From an uncultured marine group III euryarchaeote (GTDB taxonomy: Archaea; Thermoplasmatota; Poseidoniia; MGIII; CG-Epi1), in NCBI GenBank assembly GCA_902627615.1, contig CACOJW010000005.1:32774-96773 (forward strand): DNA of 64,000 nt, in the 5' to 3' direction. The translations under genes were made by a program, and so were the position numbers. Each line of letters opens with the position of its first letter. Position 1 is the stretch's first letter. Positions 47,127 to 57,814 of the stretch are shown here, piece after piece. The notes beneath the pieces are model-generated. The model did not search any database. It saw only the letters and a list, made by a program, of their open reading frames with translations, and was not told the origin of the DNA.

Positions 47127-48230
47127 CTAGAATATAATATCGCTAAGAATGAAAAATAGAAAAATAACGAACCCTATAGCACTGCGCCAATCATAATTTA
47201 CTGCCCATTCTGTTGTTGAATCTGCTAATTCTTGGGGTGTTTTAGTACTTGATTGATATAATGCATCTGCGGTTTGCCCTGAATTACTAGAATTAAATTC
47301 TCCACTATCTACACTAGAAGATCTCAACTTCTTTTGTTCCCATCCGCTTTTTTGTTCTATGTTGCTTGTTGACCATTGACCATCATCACCTGCCCTAATA
47401 CTGTTTCCATAAATATTTGAACCTGCAACATCCAATTCTCTAATTCTCCTCTTTGCCAGCTCAAGACCTGACACTGCTAAAAGAATACTAAAGGCAAGAA
47501 GCAGAACGGCACCAACGTCACTATCAAACACCAAACTACTAACTGCTGCCGCATTCCAAGCCGCATGAACTAAAACTGCTAAAAAATAATATTTTACTAC
47601 AACACCAAATGATTCACCCTCAACTTGATATTTAGCTATACCATATCCTGTAAAAGAGCTAGCAACTAAATGTAAAAGAATAGATGAAAATGTTCTTAAA
47701 ACTACTATCAAGAACACTCCGCCTATGCCTCCTGCTGTAGCACCTGCTGTCAAACCATAGAAAACGTTCTCTGTAGCTCCAAAACCCAAACCACATGCTG
47801 CACCATAGACTATCCCATCTTCTACTTCATCAATTTCGCCTCTGACTTGTGGATTTCTAAACATTACTATTGGCTTTATGAATTCCTCAACGAATGGAGC
47901 AACAATGACGGCTCCTATGAAAACTGCAAGAACTTCAATATCAGCTTCACTTGAAGTACCGTATAATATACCTATAATTGAAACCGTAAACAATGAATTC
48001 AAAATTCCTGCCAAAAATATACCTGTAACACCACCCCAAATAAATGACGTCCAAAGAGTCTCCCAAGGTTCTACATCTTCTACTTCAGCATTTCTGATAG
48101 ATCTTAGATAATAATACGCAGGAATGAAAGCCAAAACGGTAGCAAACAAAAATGGTAAAATTCCTTGATATCCTATAAAACTTGCAATTAAAATTATTAA
48201 AATAATCCATTGTCCTCTAGATAGTCTCAC
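47127..48230 (-). CDS. PrsW-family intramembrane metalloprotease
   Basis: 'APFVEEFIKPI' (EExxK), 'LLHLVASSF' and 'VHAAWNAAA' within a multi-TM core. Ser-rich C-terminal tail with a final TM helix. Confidence 0.65.
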   Translation of the reverse strand: MRLSRGQWIILIILIASFIGYQGILPFLFATVLAFIPAYYYLRSIRNAEVEDVEPWETLWTSFIWGGVTGIFLAGILNSLFTVSIIGILYGTSSEADIEVLAVFIGAVIVAPFVEEFIKPIVMFRNPQVRGEIDEVEDGIVYGAACGLGFGATENVFYGLTAGATAGGIGGVFLIVVLRTFSSILLHLVASSFTGYGIAKYQVEGESFGVVVKYYFLAVLVHAAWNAAAVSSLVFDSDVGAVLLLAFSILLAVSGLELAKRRIRELDVAGSNIYGNSIRAGDDGQWSTSNIEQKSGWEQKKLRSSSVDSGEFNSSNSGQTADALYQSSTKTPQELADSTTEWAVNYDWRSAIGFVIFLFFILSDIIF

Positions 48231-48245
48231 TAAATTTCAGCTCCC

Positions 48246-48809
48246 TTAGGTAACATGCACTCGGTCAAGGTGTACATATAAGATACCCCGACGAATCATT
48301 TTATTCATTTGAAGACGAGGTCGAGGTATACCCTCTTTTTCAGCCTCTATAACCAATTTTTCTGGATTAATGCCATCCTCTACATCCAATTTTCTGACCA
48401 GTTCGAGTAAACGAAACTTAGGAGTATTTTGTATAGTTACAGACTCCTCCGTGTCTGAGTCTTCTCTTTTACGAGTAACTGTAGCCTTTTTTGCCAAGAA
48501 AGATTTCTTTTTTGCCTTAACTGCTTTCCTAATTTTTACTTTTTTAGGAATAGGGACTGGTTTCTCTTCCTCCTCTATGCTAGAACTTCCAGTTAACTTA
48601 GCTAACATTGCACTTTCATCAAAGTCTTCGTCAAAATTAGTTTCTTCTTCATTATCTGTAACATAATCTTTCATATATTCCTTAACAAAATTTTCTATGA
48701 GAACTGCAGGATCAACACCCTCTTCATCAGCTCTACTTTTGAATGATTCCCAAACATCAGAAAACTCAGAGGAAATGCTCATTCTAAAATCTGAATCTTT
48801 TGGGGCCAC
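48246..48809 (-). CDS. Hypothetical protein (possible RHH-like N-terminus, acidic/basic linker, possible wHTH-like C-terminus)
   Basis: ORF 15 nt upstream of the PrsW gene on the same strand. 'FRMSISSEFSDVWESFKSRADEEG' has a strand-helix pattern. Weak. Confidence 0.4.
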   Translation of the reverse strand: MAPKDSDFRMSISSEFSDVWESFKSRADEEGVDPAVLIENFVKEYMKDYVTDNEEETNFDEDFDESAMLAKLTGSSSIEEEEKPVPIPKKVKIRKAVKAKKKSFLAKKATVTRKREDSDTEESVTIQNTPKFRLLELVRKLDVEDGINPEKLVIEAEKEGIPRPRLQMNKMIRRGILYVHLDRVHVT

Positions 48810-48839
48810 GCATTAGCAGAAGATATTTCCTTTAAATGT

Positions 48840-50012
48840 TTACGCTAACAATAAATTGTACTCTTTTTCTATTAAATCAACTATATTTGACCAAGAAAAA
48901 CCCTTAGCAAATTCTCTACCAAACGAGCCTAGATTCTTAGATAATTTGTCGTCATCTAAGATAGTAAAGATTGCTTTTGAAAGAGATATTGGATCACTAT
49001 AGTCTACCAATAAACCATTCTTGCCTTCGCACATTGCTTCAGGAGTACCTCCAACTCTAGCTGCAACCACTGCCGTTTGTGCTGCTGCTGCTTCCAACAA
49101 AACTATACCGAATGCTTCATACTCTGAAGGCAAGACTAATACTTCTGCAGCTGAAAGAGCCGAACGATAAGTTTCATCATCAACATGTCCTATTCTGTGC
49201 ATCCTTACGTTCTTAGACAGTGCTAATTTGTCTAAATCATCACCTAACCCCATATCTGCGCCCATGACAACTAAATCAAATCTCTTTGAGCTCTCCAAAG
49301 AAACGGCCTCAATCAGATCAGGAATTCCCTTGTTTGTGGCTAATCTCCCTGCAAAAATTATGAACTTATCAGAAACTTTTGGGAAATGTTTCCTAAAAAT
49401 ATTTGGATCGGGAATATTCTTCCAATCATCCCAGTAGATTCCGTTGTAAATTATTTTAATATTATCTTCCTTTAAACCTATCTCCTTCACTAGCATCTCT
49501 CTTTCATGCCTACTTACACAAGTAATCAAATCTGCCGCTTCTAGAGTAGGTTTTCCCACTCTCGAATCGTAGAAATCTCTTAGAGTACGTCTTTTTGATC
49601 CTCCCCACATAGACCAAGATGGATGAAAATGCGGCGTTATTACCCATGGAGTTGATTGAAATTTCTCCCTTAACCAAGCTGCATGGTTTTGGAAATAACC
49701 ATAAGAATGTGTATGAATAATATCTGCCTCTTTACTAAGAAATGAAGTAATCATACCTGGAGCTAATACGTAATGAGCCTCTCCAGATATTGAAAATGCA
49801 CTATGTCTTGATACTGGGACATTAGAAACTTTAGTAGGCATATTTTTTTTGACGAAAGGCGTTTCAGTATACAAATCTGTTGTAACAACTTCTACACTAT
49901 GGCCTTTTGAATGAAGTCCTTCAGAATAAGCTCTAACCACTGTCTCTGCACCTCCGGGAGCTGGAGGATATCTAACACATCCTTGAATGATATTCACTAT
50001 AATGCCATACAA
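48840..50012 (-). CDS. GT4-family (GT-B fold) glycosyltransferase
   Basis: 'PSEYEAFGIVLLEAAAAQTAVVAARVGGTPE' E-x7-E region and N-terminal 'GGAETVV'. Confidence 0.8.
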   Translation of the reverse strand: MYGIIVNIIQGCVRYPPAPGGAETVVRAYSEGLHSKGHSVEVVTTDLYTETPFVKKNMPTKVSNVPVSRHSAFSISGEAHYVLAPGMITSFLSKEADIIHTHSYGYFQNHAAWLREKFQSTPWVITPHFHPSWSMWGGSKRRTLRDFYDSRVGKPTLEAADLITCVSRHEREMLVKEIGLKEDNIKIIYNGIYWDDWKNIPDPNIFRKHFPKVSDKFIIFAGRLATNKGIPDLIEAVSLESSKRFDLVVMGADMGLGDDLDKLALSKNVRMHRIGHVDDETYRSALSAAEVLVLPSEYEAFGIVLLEAAAAQTAVVAARVGGTPEAMCEGKNGLLVDYSDPISLSKAIFTILDDDKLSKNLGSFGREFAKGFSWSNIVDLIEKEYNLLLA

Positions 50013-50045
50013 GGCGCCTTTTAAGCCCCCGACCTTACCCCTTTA

Positions 50046-50750
50046 TTGCCTGAAACCAACGACGTAAGCAGTCCCTTATCCGAGCATCTCGAAGAACTAC
50101 GTCAACATCTATTATTACCCTTCACAATTTCCATACTCTTTATAGTTCTTTTTTTTCCTTTTACAACAGATGTAATCAATCAGTTAGTTAACCTAGCAAA
50201 TCTAAAAATCGAAGACATGGCAGTTTTTAATCCCACTGAGTTTCTTAGACTTAAGTTATATTTGAGTTTATTTTCTTCAATTTTAGTTACACATCCTTTA
50301 TGGTACAGAGGATTTTACAATTTTTCAAAACCTGGCTTAAATGATAAAGAGAAAAAGATAATCGTGTACAGTTTATCCTTAGGATCTATACTATTCATTG
50401 TAGGTGCAAGTGTAGGACTTTTATACTTATCTCCATTCTTAATTGAATTCCTGTTAGAGGAAAATAATCAGATTTCTACTAGTCTTTCAATCTATCAAAC
50501 AATAAAAGCACTCATTGCAGTCTCCATTTTTTCAGGCTTCTTGGCTAGTTTACCTGTTTTGATTTTAACTGTTAATAAGCACACGACAAATACGAAAACA
50601 CTAAAAAATTATACTTATATCCTAATAATTATAGTAATAACACTTGGAACACCTGAACCGTCTATGATAATTAACCTAATCTTTCTAGTATTTTTTGCTG
50701 CAATTATGGAGATAACTCTACTATTTACGGAGTCGAATAATGCGAATTAA
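50046..50750 (+). CDS. tatC: Sec-independent (twin-arginine) translocase subunit TatC
   Basis: 'PLSEHLEELRQHLL' N-terminal signature, about 6 TM helices, 234 aa, TTG start. Confidence 0.7.
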   Translation: MPETNDVSSPLSEHLEELRQHLLLPFTISILFIVLFFPFTTDVINQLVNLANLKIEDMAVFNPTEFLRLKLYLSLFSSILVTHPLWYRGFYNFSKPGLNDKEKKIIVYSLSLGSILFIVGASVGLLYLSPFLIEFLLEENNQISTSLSIYQTIKALIAVSIFSGFLASLPVLILTVNKHTTNTKTLKNYTYILIIIVITLGTPEPSMIINLIFLVFFAAIMEITLLFTESNNAN

Positions 50751-52455
50751 AAACTATCAAAAATATTTGCTTTATTCTTTACTTCCCTTTACTGCCCTGA
50801 TAAGGATTTACCATAACTACAACTGGAAGATATGGGGCAGCGATTCTGGAGAATATCTATACCTTACTCGAAGCTTGTTGGAAAATGGTCAAATGCTACA
50901 AGATAATTATATTGGTTGGGGAAGAGCATACCCCGATTTCCAAGGCATGCAAATTTTAACAGGAACAGTATCTTTACTGTCAACAATAGAATATCATTAT
51001 GTACTAATGTGGATAATTCCTCTACTTTCTTCGCTTGCAATACCTATGTTGTTCATTATAGGAAAAGAAATTACAGGATTTATTCCGGCTCTATTTGGTT
51101 CTGCATTTTATGGAGTAACATTTGGTGTTGTATATGCTAATTCCCACCCCATGCCTGGCGGTTTAGCTGAAACTTTGGGATTCGTTCTAATATTAAACTG
51201 GATAAAAATCCTGAAAGATGAAAAAATATGGGTTATTAATCCCTTGAACAGAAATCCGTGGGGAAATATGGCGAAATTCTCCTTCTTTGCGCTATTAATT
51301 ACGCACCATTTCACATTGCTCTTGTTGATGGCTGCTATATTAGGAATATTGGTGATAGAAATTGCTGCAGGCAACAGAAAAATTGCCAAAGAGGGTATTA
51401 TGGCGGTAGGACTAATGTCGTTACCAATTTCAGCCTACTGGCTAATATACGCTAAATCTTTCAGAAAAATGTTAGATGATAGTGCATTCGATTTCTTGCC
51501 CGAAAGCATTCCTACGACTATAGTTTTGACCTCAATTCCTCTTGTTTCATTAGTTGTTTTATGGTCACTAAAAGATAAATTAAAATTGCCTAAATGGACT
51601 GAAAATATTAGTCATGAGGATTACCTAAAAAGAACAACTGTATCTTTCATGGGGATTTTCATATTGATTATGCTAGTGCTTTGGAAGGGAGTACCTGGAA
51701 CTGATATTCCTGTTGATTTTGAGGCTACGCCCTATCTTGTTGTAAATCTAGCTATTATGTCACTTGCTTGCGTTCCTAGTTTTGTAATTTCTAAGAAAAA
51801 TGGATGGCTGTTATGGGGGTGGCTACTGCCAATACTTGGATTTGCAACAATAGGTGCAATAACTGGATCTCATCTACTAATTGCTTACAGACATGCACCA
51901 TACCTTCTAGCGCCCATTGCCCTTATGATTGGTATAAGTTTTCAATATTTCATCACAGGTTTTGAAATTAAGAAAAGGAGATACGTTGCTACTGGATTTA
52001 CAATTCTTTTGCTTGGTTGTGCATGGGGTGCATACCCTCCACCTTCTGTAATGGGAGGATTTCAAGAAGGTACAAGCCAAGAAGAGATTGATGCAATATT
52101 ATGGATTACTTTTGTGGAAAAAGACACTTTAGTTGTAAGTGACCATAGATTAAGTAGTCTAACATTTGGACTTACGAAAACTAACGCTAGCTGGGAAAAT
52201 GGAGCCGAAGTAATTACTGGGAATACACAAGAGGCAAAAGAAGCAGGCAAATCACTGTCAACACCTCAAGCAGGTGTAAAAGAGGTTTCATACGTCATAC
52301 TTTCAAAGGAGATGCAAAAAGGAGTAGCACTTCTGCAATGGGATCCTGCTGAAGAATTGACTGGTGAAGCAAAAACTAAATTTACCGATAACAACCACTT
52401 TCCAGTCTGGTTTGACAATGGCGATACTACTATAATGAGAATGAATCCTAACTAA
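50740..52455 (+). CDS. Polytopic membrane protein, GT-C-like putative glycosyltransferase (tentative)
   Basis: More than 10 TM helices, a first-loop acidic motif 'WGSDSGEYLYLTRSLLENG' and a soluble C-terminal domain. No WWDYG motif, so it is not a clear AglB. Confidence 0.35.
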   Translation: MRIKNYQKYLLYSLLPFTALIRIYHNYNWKIWGSDSGEYLYLTRSLLENGQMLQDNYIGWGRAYPDFQGMQILTGTVSLLSTIEYHYVLMWIIPLLSSLAIPMLFIIGKEITGFIPALFGSAFYGVTFGVVYANSHPMPGGLAETLGFVLILNWIKILKDEKIWVINPLNRNPWGNMAKFSFFALLITHHFTLLLLMAAILGILVIEIAAGNRKIAKEGIMAVGLMSLPISAYWLIYAKSFRKMLDDSAFDFLPESIPTTIVLTSIPLVSLVVLWSLKDKLKLPKWTENISHEDYLKRTTVSFMGIFILIMLVLWKGVPGTDIPVDFEATPYLVVNLAIMSLACVPSFVISKKNGWLLWGWLLPILGFATIGAITGSHLLIAYRHAPYLLAPIALMIGISFQYFITGFEIKKRRYVATGFTILLLGCAWGAYPPPSVMGGFQEGTSQEEIDAILWITFVEKDTLVVSDHRLSSLTFGLTKTNASWENGAEVITGNTQEAKEAGKSLSTPQAGVKEVSYVILSKEMQKGVALLQWDPAEELTGEAKTKFTDNNHFPVWFDNGDTTIMRMNPN

Positions 52456-52457
52456 TT

Positions 52458-53648
52458 ATGCAGCCAGAAGATGCTAAAAATGAAGCTAAGAAAATATCTG
52501 ATTGGATTATTGATATACGTCGTGAATTGCACAAGTACCCTGAATTAATGTATGAAGAAGTAAAAACTAGCGCATTAGTTAGAAGGGAATTAGATAAATT
52601 AGGAATTCAATATCATTCTCCAATCGCTGAGACTGGAGTTTTGGCATCGATAGGAAATGGAAAGGGTCCTTGTGTGGCTCTTAGAGCTGATATGGATGCT
52701 TTGCCTATACATGAAGAAACTGACGTTCCGTTTAGAAGTAAAGTAGATGGTAAAATGCATGCATGTGGTCATGATTGCCACACAGCCATGCTCCTAGGCG
52801 CTGCAAGAATATTAAAATCAAAAGAAAACGACTTCAATGGAACAATAAAATTCTTGTTCCAACCAGCAGAGGAAGGTGGGGCCGGTGGAAAATTAATGAG
52901 AGATGAAGGGGCTTTAGAAAACCCAGATGTAGAAAGAATATTTGGACTTCATGTATGGCCTCAAATGCCTACGGGACAAATAGGCTCTCGAGAAGGGACA
53001 TTCCTTGCTGCCACTAGTTTCTTAGATTTAACAATAAAAGGGGTGGGAGGGCACGCTGCAGTCCCGCATCTGACAAAGGATCCTGTGCTGACCTCTGCAC
53101 AAATAATAACGAATCTTCAATCAATTATATCTCGTGAATTAGACCCTTTAGACTCTGGTGTTGTAAGTATTAGTGCAATACATGCAGGACAGGCTGCAAA
53201 TGTTATACCTTCGGAAGTAAAAATATTGGGAACTATTCGATCTCTTACAATGGAAGGATTAAAAAAGCTTCAAAGGAGAGTCAAGGAAATTTGTGAAAGT
53301 GTAGCCAAGGCACATGGATGTAAAGCAATTATTGATTATCCTGGCAATGATTATCCACCAACAGTTAACGATGGAGAAATGTGGCAATTCGCAAAAAACA
53401 TAGGAAGTGAAATGCTCGGAAAAGAAAATGTCAGTGAACTTGATGCAGTCATGGGGGGAGAAGATTTTGCATACTATACTGAAAAAGTTAAAGGATGCTT
53501 CGTTGTTCTAGGGATGAATAACCCTGACATTGATGCAACATACAGTGTACATCATCCAATGTTCAAAGCAGATGAAGACGCTCTACACATAGGTACTGCA
53601 CTCCACACCATGTTCGCACTACAAAGTTTAAAAGAACTAAGTACTTAA
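52458..53648 (+). CDS. M20D-family amidohydrolase (N-acyl-amino-acid / hippurate hydrolase-like)
   Basis: 'MHACGHDCHTAMLLGAA', 'FQPAEEGGAGG', 'GVGGHAAVPH'. Confidence 0.85.
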   Translation: MQPEDAKNEAKKISDWIIDIRRELHKYPELMYEEVKTSALVRRELDKLGIQYHSPIAETGVLASIGNGKGPCVALRADMDALPIHEETDVPFRSKVDGKMHACGHDCHTAMLLGAARILKSKENDFNGTIKFLFQPAEEGGAGGKLMRDEGALENPDVERIFGLHVWPQMPTGQIGSREGTFLAATSFLDLTIKGVGGHAAVPHLTKDPVLTSAQIITNLQSIISRELDPLDSGVVSISAIHAGQAANVIPSEVKILGTIRSLTMEGLKKLQRRVKEICESVAKAHGCKAIIDYPGNDYPPTVNDGEMWQFAKNIGSEMLGKENVSELDAVMGGEDFAYYTEKVKGCFVVLGMNNPDIDATYSVHHPMFKADEDALHIGTALHTMFALQSLKELST

Positions 53649-53662
53649 AAACTACAAAATTT

Positions 53663-55477
53663 CTATTCAACCGTAACTGATTTTGCCAAATTTCTTGGTT
53701 TATCTATTTCGGTTCCTAACTCATGTGCAATGTAATATGATAACAATTGTAAGAATACTGCAACAGGGAATGGAGACAATACAGGATCTATCTCTGGAAT
53801 TTCAAAATAATTATCTGATATTTTAGGAACGTGCTGATCTCCCTTCTGACAAAGTGTAATCACTGGAGCTTTTCTAGCGGACATCTCTTCGATATTTGAT
53901 AATAACTTTGAGTAGGTATGGTCCTGCATCGCAATAGCAATTATTGGAGTCTCCTCGCTCAATAAAGCCAAAGGCCCATGCTTTAACTCGCCTGCAGGAT
54001 ATCCTTCTGCATGAATGTAGGATATTTCTTTCAACTTAAGAGCACCTTCCAGTGCTAACGGATAATTTATATTTCTACCTACGAAGAAAACAGATCTAGC
54101 CTTCACAAAATTAGGAACTAAATTTTTGATTCCCTCGCTAGAATTCAACACTTGCGTTATTTTACTAGGTAGTTTCCTAATCTCAGATTCCCAAAGTTTG
54201 AGCTGGGGATGATCTAAAGCTCCGGAATTAAAAGCCAAATGAGTACCTAGCGCATAAAGTGCTTGCATTTGGGTTAAGAATGTTTTAGTAGCTGCCACAC
54301 CTACTTCTTGCCCAGATTTTGTAATTATTACACCGTCGACTTCTCTTGTAATTCTGCTTCCGGGGACGTTACAAATAGCAATTGTATAACAACCCTGCTG
54401 TTTTGCAGCCCTAGCTGCTGCTAACGTATCTGCAGTTTCCCCGCTTTGAGAAATCAAAACGACAAGTGGCCTTGAGGAAAGAATACCTCCTACCCCTTGA
54501 ACTGGAGCTGCATACCTAAATTCCGAAGAGTATTCTACTGATACTGGAATCGCAGTGAGCTGTTCAATTACATATTTCCCAACTAAACCTGCATGATATG
54601 AAGTACCACAAGCCACAATTGAAATACTACCTATTTTCCAATTTAATCCTAAACCTTCCAAAGGATTGTCAACAAATAATTCAGTTTGAGAATCTTGTAG
54701 AGCTTTAGGTTGTTCAAAAATTTCTTTGAGCATAAAATGCTCATATCCTCCCTTCTCAGCTACTTCCGTATATTTTTCAACTGTTTCAACAACATATTCC
54801 TGAGGATTTAGGTCCGTATCAAATAATTCCACTGATTCTGAAGTTACTTTTACAATTTGATTATCATCGGGATAAATTATTTGTTGAGTATATTTTAAAA
54901 CCGCATAAATATCGCTGGCCACAAAATTTTCGGAATTACCTAATCCAATAATTAAAGGAGTTTCATGCCTAACTGCAACAATCTCATCTGGATGATTTTC
55001 ATGAATAACAGCTATAGTAAATATGCCTTGAATGTCGGATAATGACTTATTTAATGCTTCAACCAAATCTCCTGCGTAATGCTTAGAGATCAAAATTGGT
55101 AAAATTTCTGAATCTGATTCACTTCTAAATTTGTGTCCCTCTTTCTCCAAACTTTCTCGAATTTGCAAGTAATTATCAATTGTCCCATTGTGAACAACCG
55201 CTACCGTATTATCTGAATCTGTATGGGGATGTGCATTTGCATCAGAAGGAACTCCGTGGGTAGCCCACCTTGTATGAGCAATCGCTAAATTAGAATCGGA
55301 CTTTTTCAATATCTCTTCCATGTTAGATATAGGCCCTTTCTTCTTACAAATGATTAATTTTTCCTCTCTAAGAGCTATACCTGATGAATCATAGCCTCTA
55401 TATTCTAATTTTTTCAATGAATCTAAGACAACACCTTGAGCCTGCTTATGGCCAGTGTAACCTACTATGCCGCACAT
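53663..55477 (-). CDS. glmS: Glutamine--fructose-6-phosphate aminotransferase
   Basis: N-terminal 'MCGIVGY' nucleophile, two SIS domains, C-terminal 'KPRNLAKSVTVE'. Confidence 0.95.
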   Translation of the reverse strand: MCGIVGYTGHKQAQGVVLDSLKKLEYRGYDSSGIALREEKLIICKKKGPISNMEEILKKSDSNLAIAHTRWATHGVPSDANAHPHTDSDNTVAVVHNGTIDNYLQIRESLEKEGHKFRSESDSEILPILISKHYAGDLVEALNKSLSDIQGIFTIAVIHENHPDEIVAVRHETPLIIGLGNSENFVASDIYAVLKYTQQIIYPDDNQIVKVTSESVELFDTDLNPQEYVVETVEKYTEVAEKGGYEHFMLKEIFEQPKALQDSQTELFVDNPLEGLGLNWKIGSISIVACGTSYHAGLVGKYVIEQLTAIPVSVEYSSEFRYAAPVQGVGGILSSRPLVVLISQSGETADTLAAARAAKQQGCYTIAICNVPGSRITREVDGVIITKSGQEVGVAATKTFLTQMQALYALGTHLAFNSGALDHPQLKLWESEIRKLPSKITQVLNSSEGIKNLVPNFVKARSVFFVGRNINYPLALEGALKLKEISYIHAEGYPAGELKHGPLALLSEETPIIAIAMQDHTYSKLLSNIEEMSARKAPVITLCQKGDQHVPKISDNYFEIPEIDPVLSPFPVAVFLQLLSYYIAHELGTEIDKPRNLAKSVTVE

Positions 55478-56643
55478 CAGATACTATCTCCCTGAAAGTC
55501 TGCATTATAAAGCTCTCCGTCACCAATTGCAGCTTCATTCATTAGAATTGAACCACCTTGTAATATTGCACGATTACCTATCTTGCTATTATCTCCAATC
55601 ATTGCCCCACGATCACTTACTGAAAATGTTTGATTGAAATACATGATATCGCGTGAACTTGGTATTGCAACAACATGAGAGCCTAAACTTGAATTCTCTC
55701 CAACAACCGTTCCCTTTAAGCTGCAATAGCTCCCAATTTCACAATTTTTCATAACAATACTGTCTAATATTTCTGAGAAAGAACCTATCTGCACGTTATC
55801 ACCTAGAGAAACTGAAGGACCAATTACAGAATTCGGCCCTATATCACAACTGTCACCGATAGAAATTGGACCTACTAAATAGGTTCCAGATCTAATAATT
55901 GTACCCTTACCAATTGATACTTCACCTTTTATCGTAACATTTCTTTCTATCTTACCACTTCTATACAATTGGTTGTCAATGAAAGCCACTCTATTTCCTG
56001 AGATTAAATCCCAAGGGTAAACTATGTTGTGCCAGTGCTTAGATTCTACAACTTCGAAGTCACTATTCGGAAGTATTAACTCAAGAGCCTCGCCTATATG
56101 CTTGCCTGAACAATTAATCAATTCATCTGCAGTTTCTGAATTAAGTTTTGCAATCCCTGTGAAATGTATGCGCTGGTAAGCTTCAGGATTATCAAAAGTA
56201 ATTTTTGGCTTACCTTTTTCAAGTTCAATTTCACCCCACTTAGACCATCTATCTGCCTTTCCAGAAAGTAAAGCCAAACCATTAGCAGCCCTTAGTTTAG
56301 AAAAAGAATCACTAGATACATAATTATCTCCAGGTACCAAAATAAAGTCACTAATATCATCACTCATGCCTATTCGCATGGCCTCTAAAGTACCAGTTCG
56401 CTTTTCTTGAAAGAAGTAGGAAATTTTAGCCCCAAAACTAGAACCGTCTCCAAAATATGACATTACACTATTCTTACTATAACCTACAACCATGTGAATT
56501 TTTTTGACTCCTGATTTAACGATTCCTCTAACTAAATAGTCTAGTATTGGCCTATTTCCTATTGGAACCATCCCTTTGGGTCTATTACTTGTCCAACTGC
56601 CTAAACGAGCGCCCTCACCTGCTGTCAAAATGATTGCATGCAC
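55477..56643 (-). CDS. Bifunctional sugar-1-phosphate nucleotidylyltransferase/acetyltransferase (archaeal GlmU-like)
   Basis: 'AIILTAGEGARLG...RPKGMVPIGNRPIL' and a C-terminal left-handed beta-helix with hexapeptide repeats ('IGDSCDIGPNSVIGPSVSLGDNVQIG'). 1-nt overlap with glmS. Confidence 0.8.
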   Translation of the reverse strand: MHAIILTAGEGARLGSWTSNRPKGMVPIGNRPILDYLVRGIVKSGVKKIHMVVGYSKNSVMSYFGDGSSFGAKISYFFQEKRTGTLEAMRIGMSDDISDFILVPGDNYVSSDSFSKLRAANGLALLSGKADRWSKWGEIELEKGKPKITFDNPEAYQRIHFTGIAKLNSETADELINCSGKHIGEALELILPNSDFEVVESKHWHNIVYPWDLISGNRVAFIDNQLYRSGKIERNVTIKGEVSIGKGTIIRSGTYLVGPISIGDSCDIGPNSVIGPSVSLGDNVQIGSFSEILDSIVMKNCEIGSYCSLKGTVVGENSSLGSHVVAIPSSRDIMYFNQTFSVSDRGAMIGDNSKIGNRAILQGGSILMNEAAIGDGELYNADFQGDSI

Positions 56644-56680
56644 TAATTATTGCAAAGCCGTGTGTTTATGATACTTATTA

Positions 56681-57814
56681 TTGCAACCAAACTCTATTTT
56701 AGCAAAGCTATTAGGAATTGTGGATTCTGACTGGGATGCTATAGTAATAGGGGGAGGACCTGCCGGCAGTACCGTCGCAAGATATGCTGCTCAAGGTGGT
56801 GCGAAAGTTTTAGTCATAGACAGCCGTAAAGAAATAGGAACTCCACTACAGTGTGGTGAATTGGTCCCAACTAATGAAGAGCTCAAACGATTATGTCCTG
56901 ATGTTCCAGACATTGATGACTTATTTCAGAGAACTGAGGAAATCGTTTCAAAACGAACTTCGAAAATGGGGCTTGTAGCTCCGTCTGGCAAAAAATTAAC
57001 CTATCCCTTTGAAGGTGAGATACTTTACCGTCCACTGCATGATCAACATCTTGTTAAAATGGCTAAAACTTCAGGTGCTGAATATGTAACAAAATCTAAG
57101 GTTGATGATGTAGTTGATAATACCGTTTTACTTAGAAATGGAGAAAAATACACCGGTAAAATCATAGTCGGATGCGGTGGCCCTAAAGATCCGCTTCGCA
57201 AAAAGTTCTGGAATGAAAAATCTCTAAACATTAATATTACATTTGTACTAATGGAAGGAAATTTCGATGACCAAGTAGATTTGTATTTTGGATCTACAGC
57301 CCCGGGAGGATATGCTTGGATGATTCCAAAAAAAGGCGGAGCTAACATAGGGATTGGAATACAAAAAAGATTTGCAGGTGGAAAAAGTTTGCAAACTCTA
57401 TCTAAAGAATTCTTTTCAAAATTCGAAGGAAATATAACATACAAAGGTGCAGGAGTATTACCCATGTCTGGCACGATTAAGCAATTTACAAAAGGTAATT
57501 ACATGCTAGTAGGGGACGCTGCAGGCATGGTTCTTCCGTCTAATGGTGCTGGAATTACTACTGCAATTATTGGCGGGAGAATTGCAGGTCAAAAAATAGC
57601 TGAGAATATCAAGAACGGAGAAGCATTGGATAATTATCAAAAGGAATGGAACTTGCAAATGGGTAAAGTAATGAAATATTCTAAAAGAGGTATACAATGG
57701 GGAGGTATTATGTTCAGATCACCTGACCTTCTAGTTAATGCAGCATTTAATCCCCTTACAAAACCAATTATTTGGAGGGCGGTTACTTGCAAGCCGATGT
57801 TTGGAATATACTAG
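56681..57814 (+). CDS. Geranylgeranyl reductase family flavoprotein
   Basis: 'AIVIGGGPAGSTVARYAA' FAD fold and 'LVGDAAGMVLPSNGAGI'. 377 aa. Confidence 0.8.
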   Translation: MQPNSILAKLLGIVDSDWDAIVIGGGPAGSTVARYAAQGGAKVLVIDSRKEIGTPLQCGELVPTNEELKRLCPDVPDIDDLFQRTEEIVSKRTSKMGLVAPSGKKLTYPFEGEILYRPLHDQHLVKMAKTSGAEYVTKSKVDDVVDNTVLLRNGEKYTGKIIVGCGGPKDPLRKKFWNEKSLNINITFVLMEGNFDDQVDLYFGSTAPGGYAWMIPKKGGANIGIGIQKRFAGGKSLQTLSKEFFSKFEGNITYKGAGVLPMSGTIKQFTKGNYMLVGDAAGMVLPSNGAGITTAIIGGRIAGQKIAENIKNGEALDNYQKEWNLQMGKVMKYSKRGIQWGGIMFRSPDLLVNAAFNPLTKPIIWRAVTCKPMFGIY

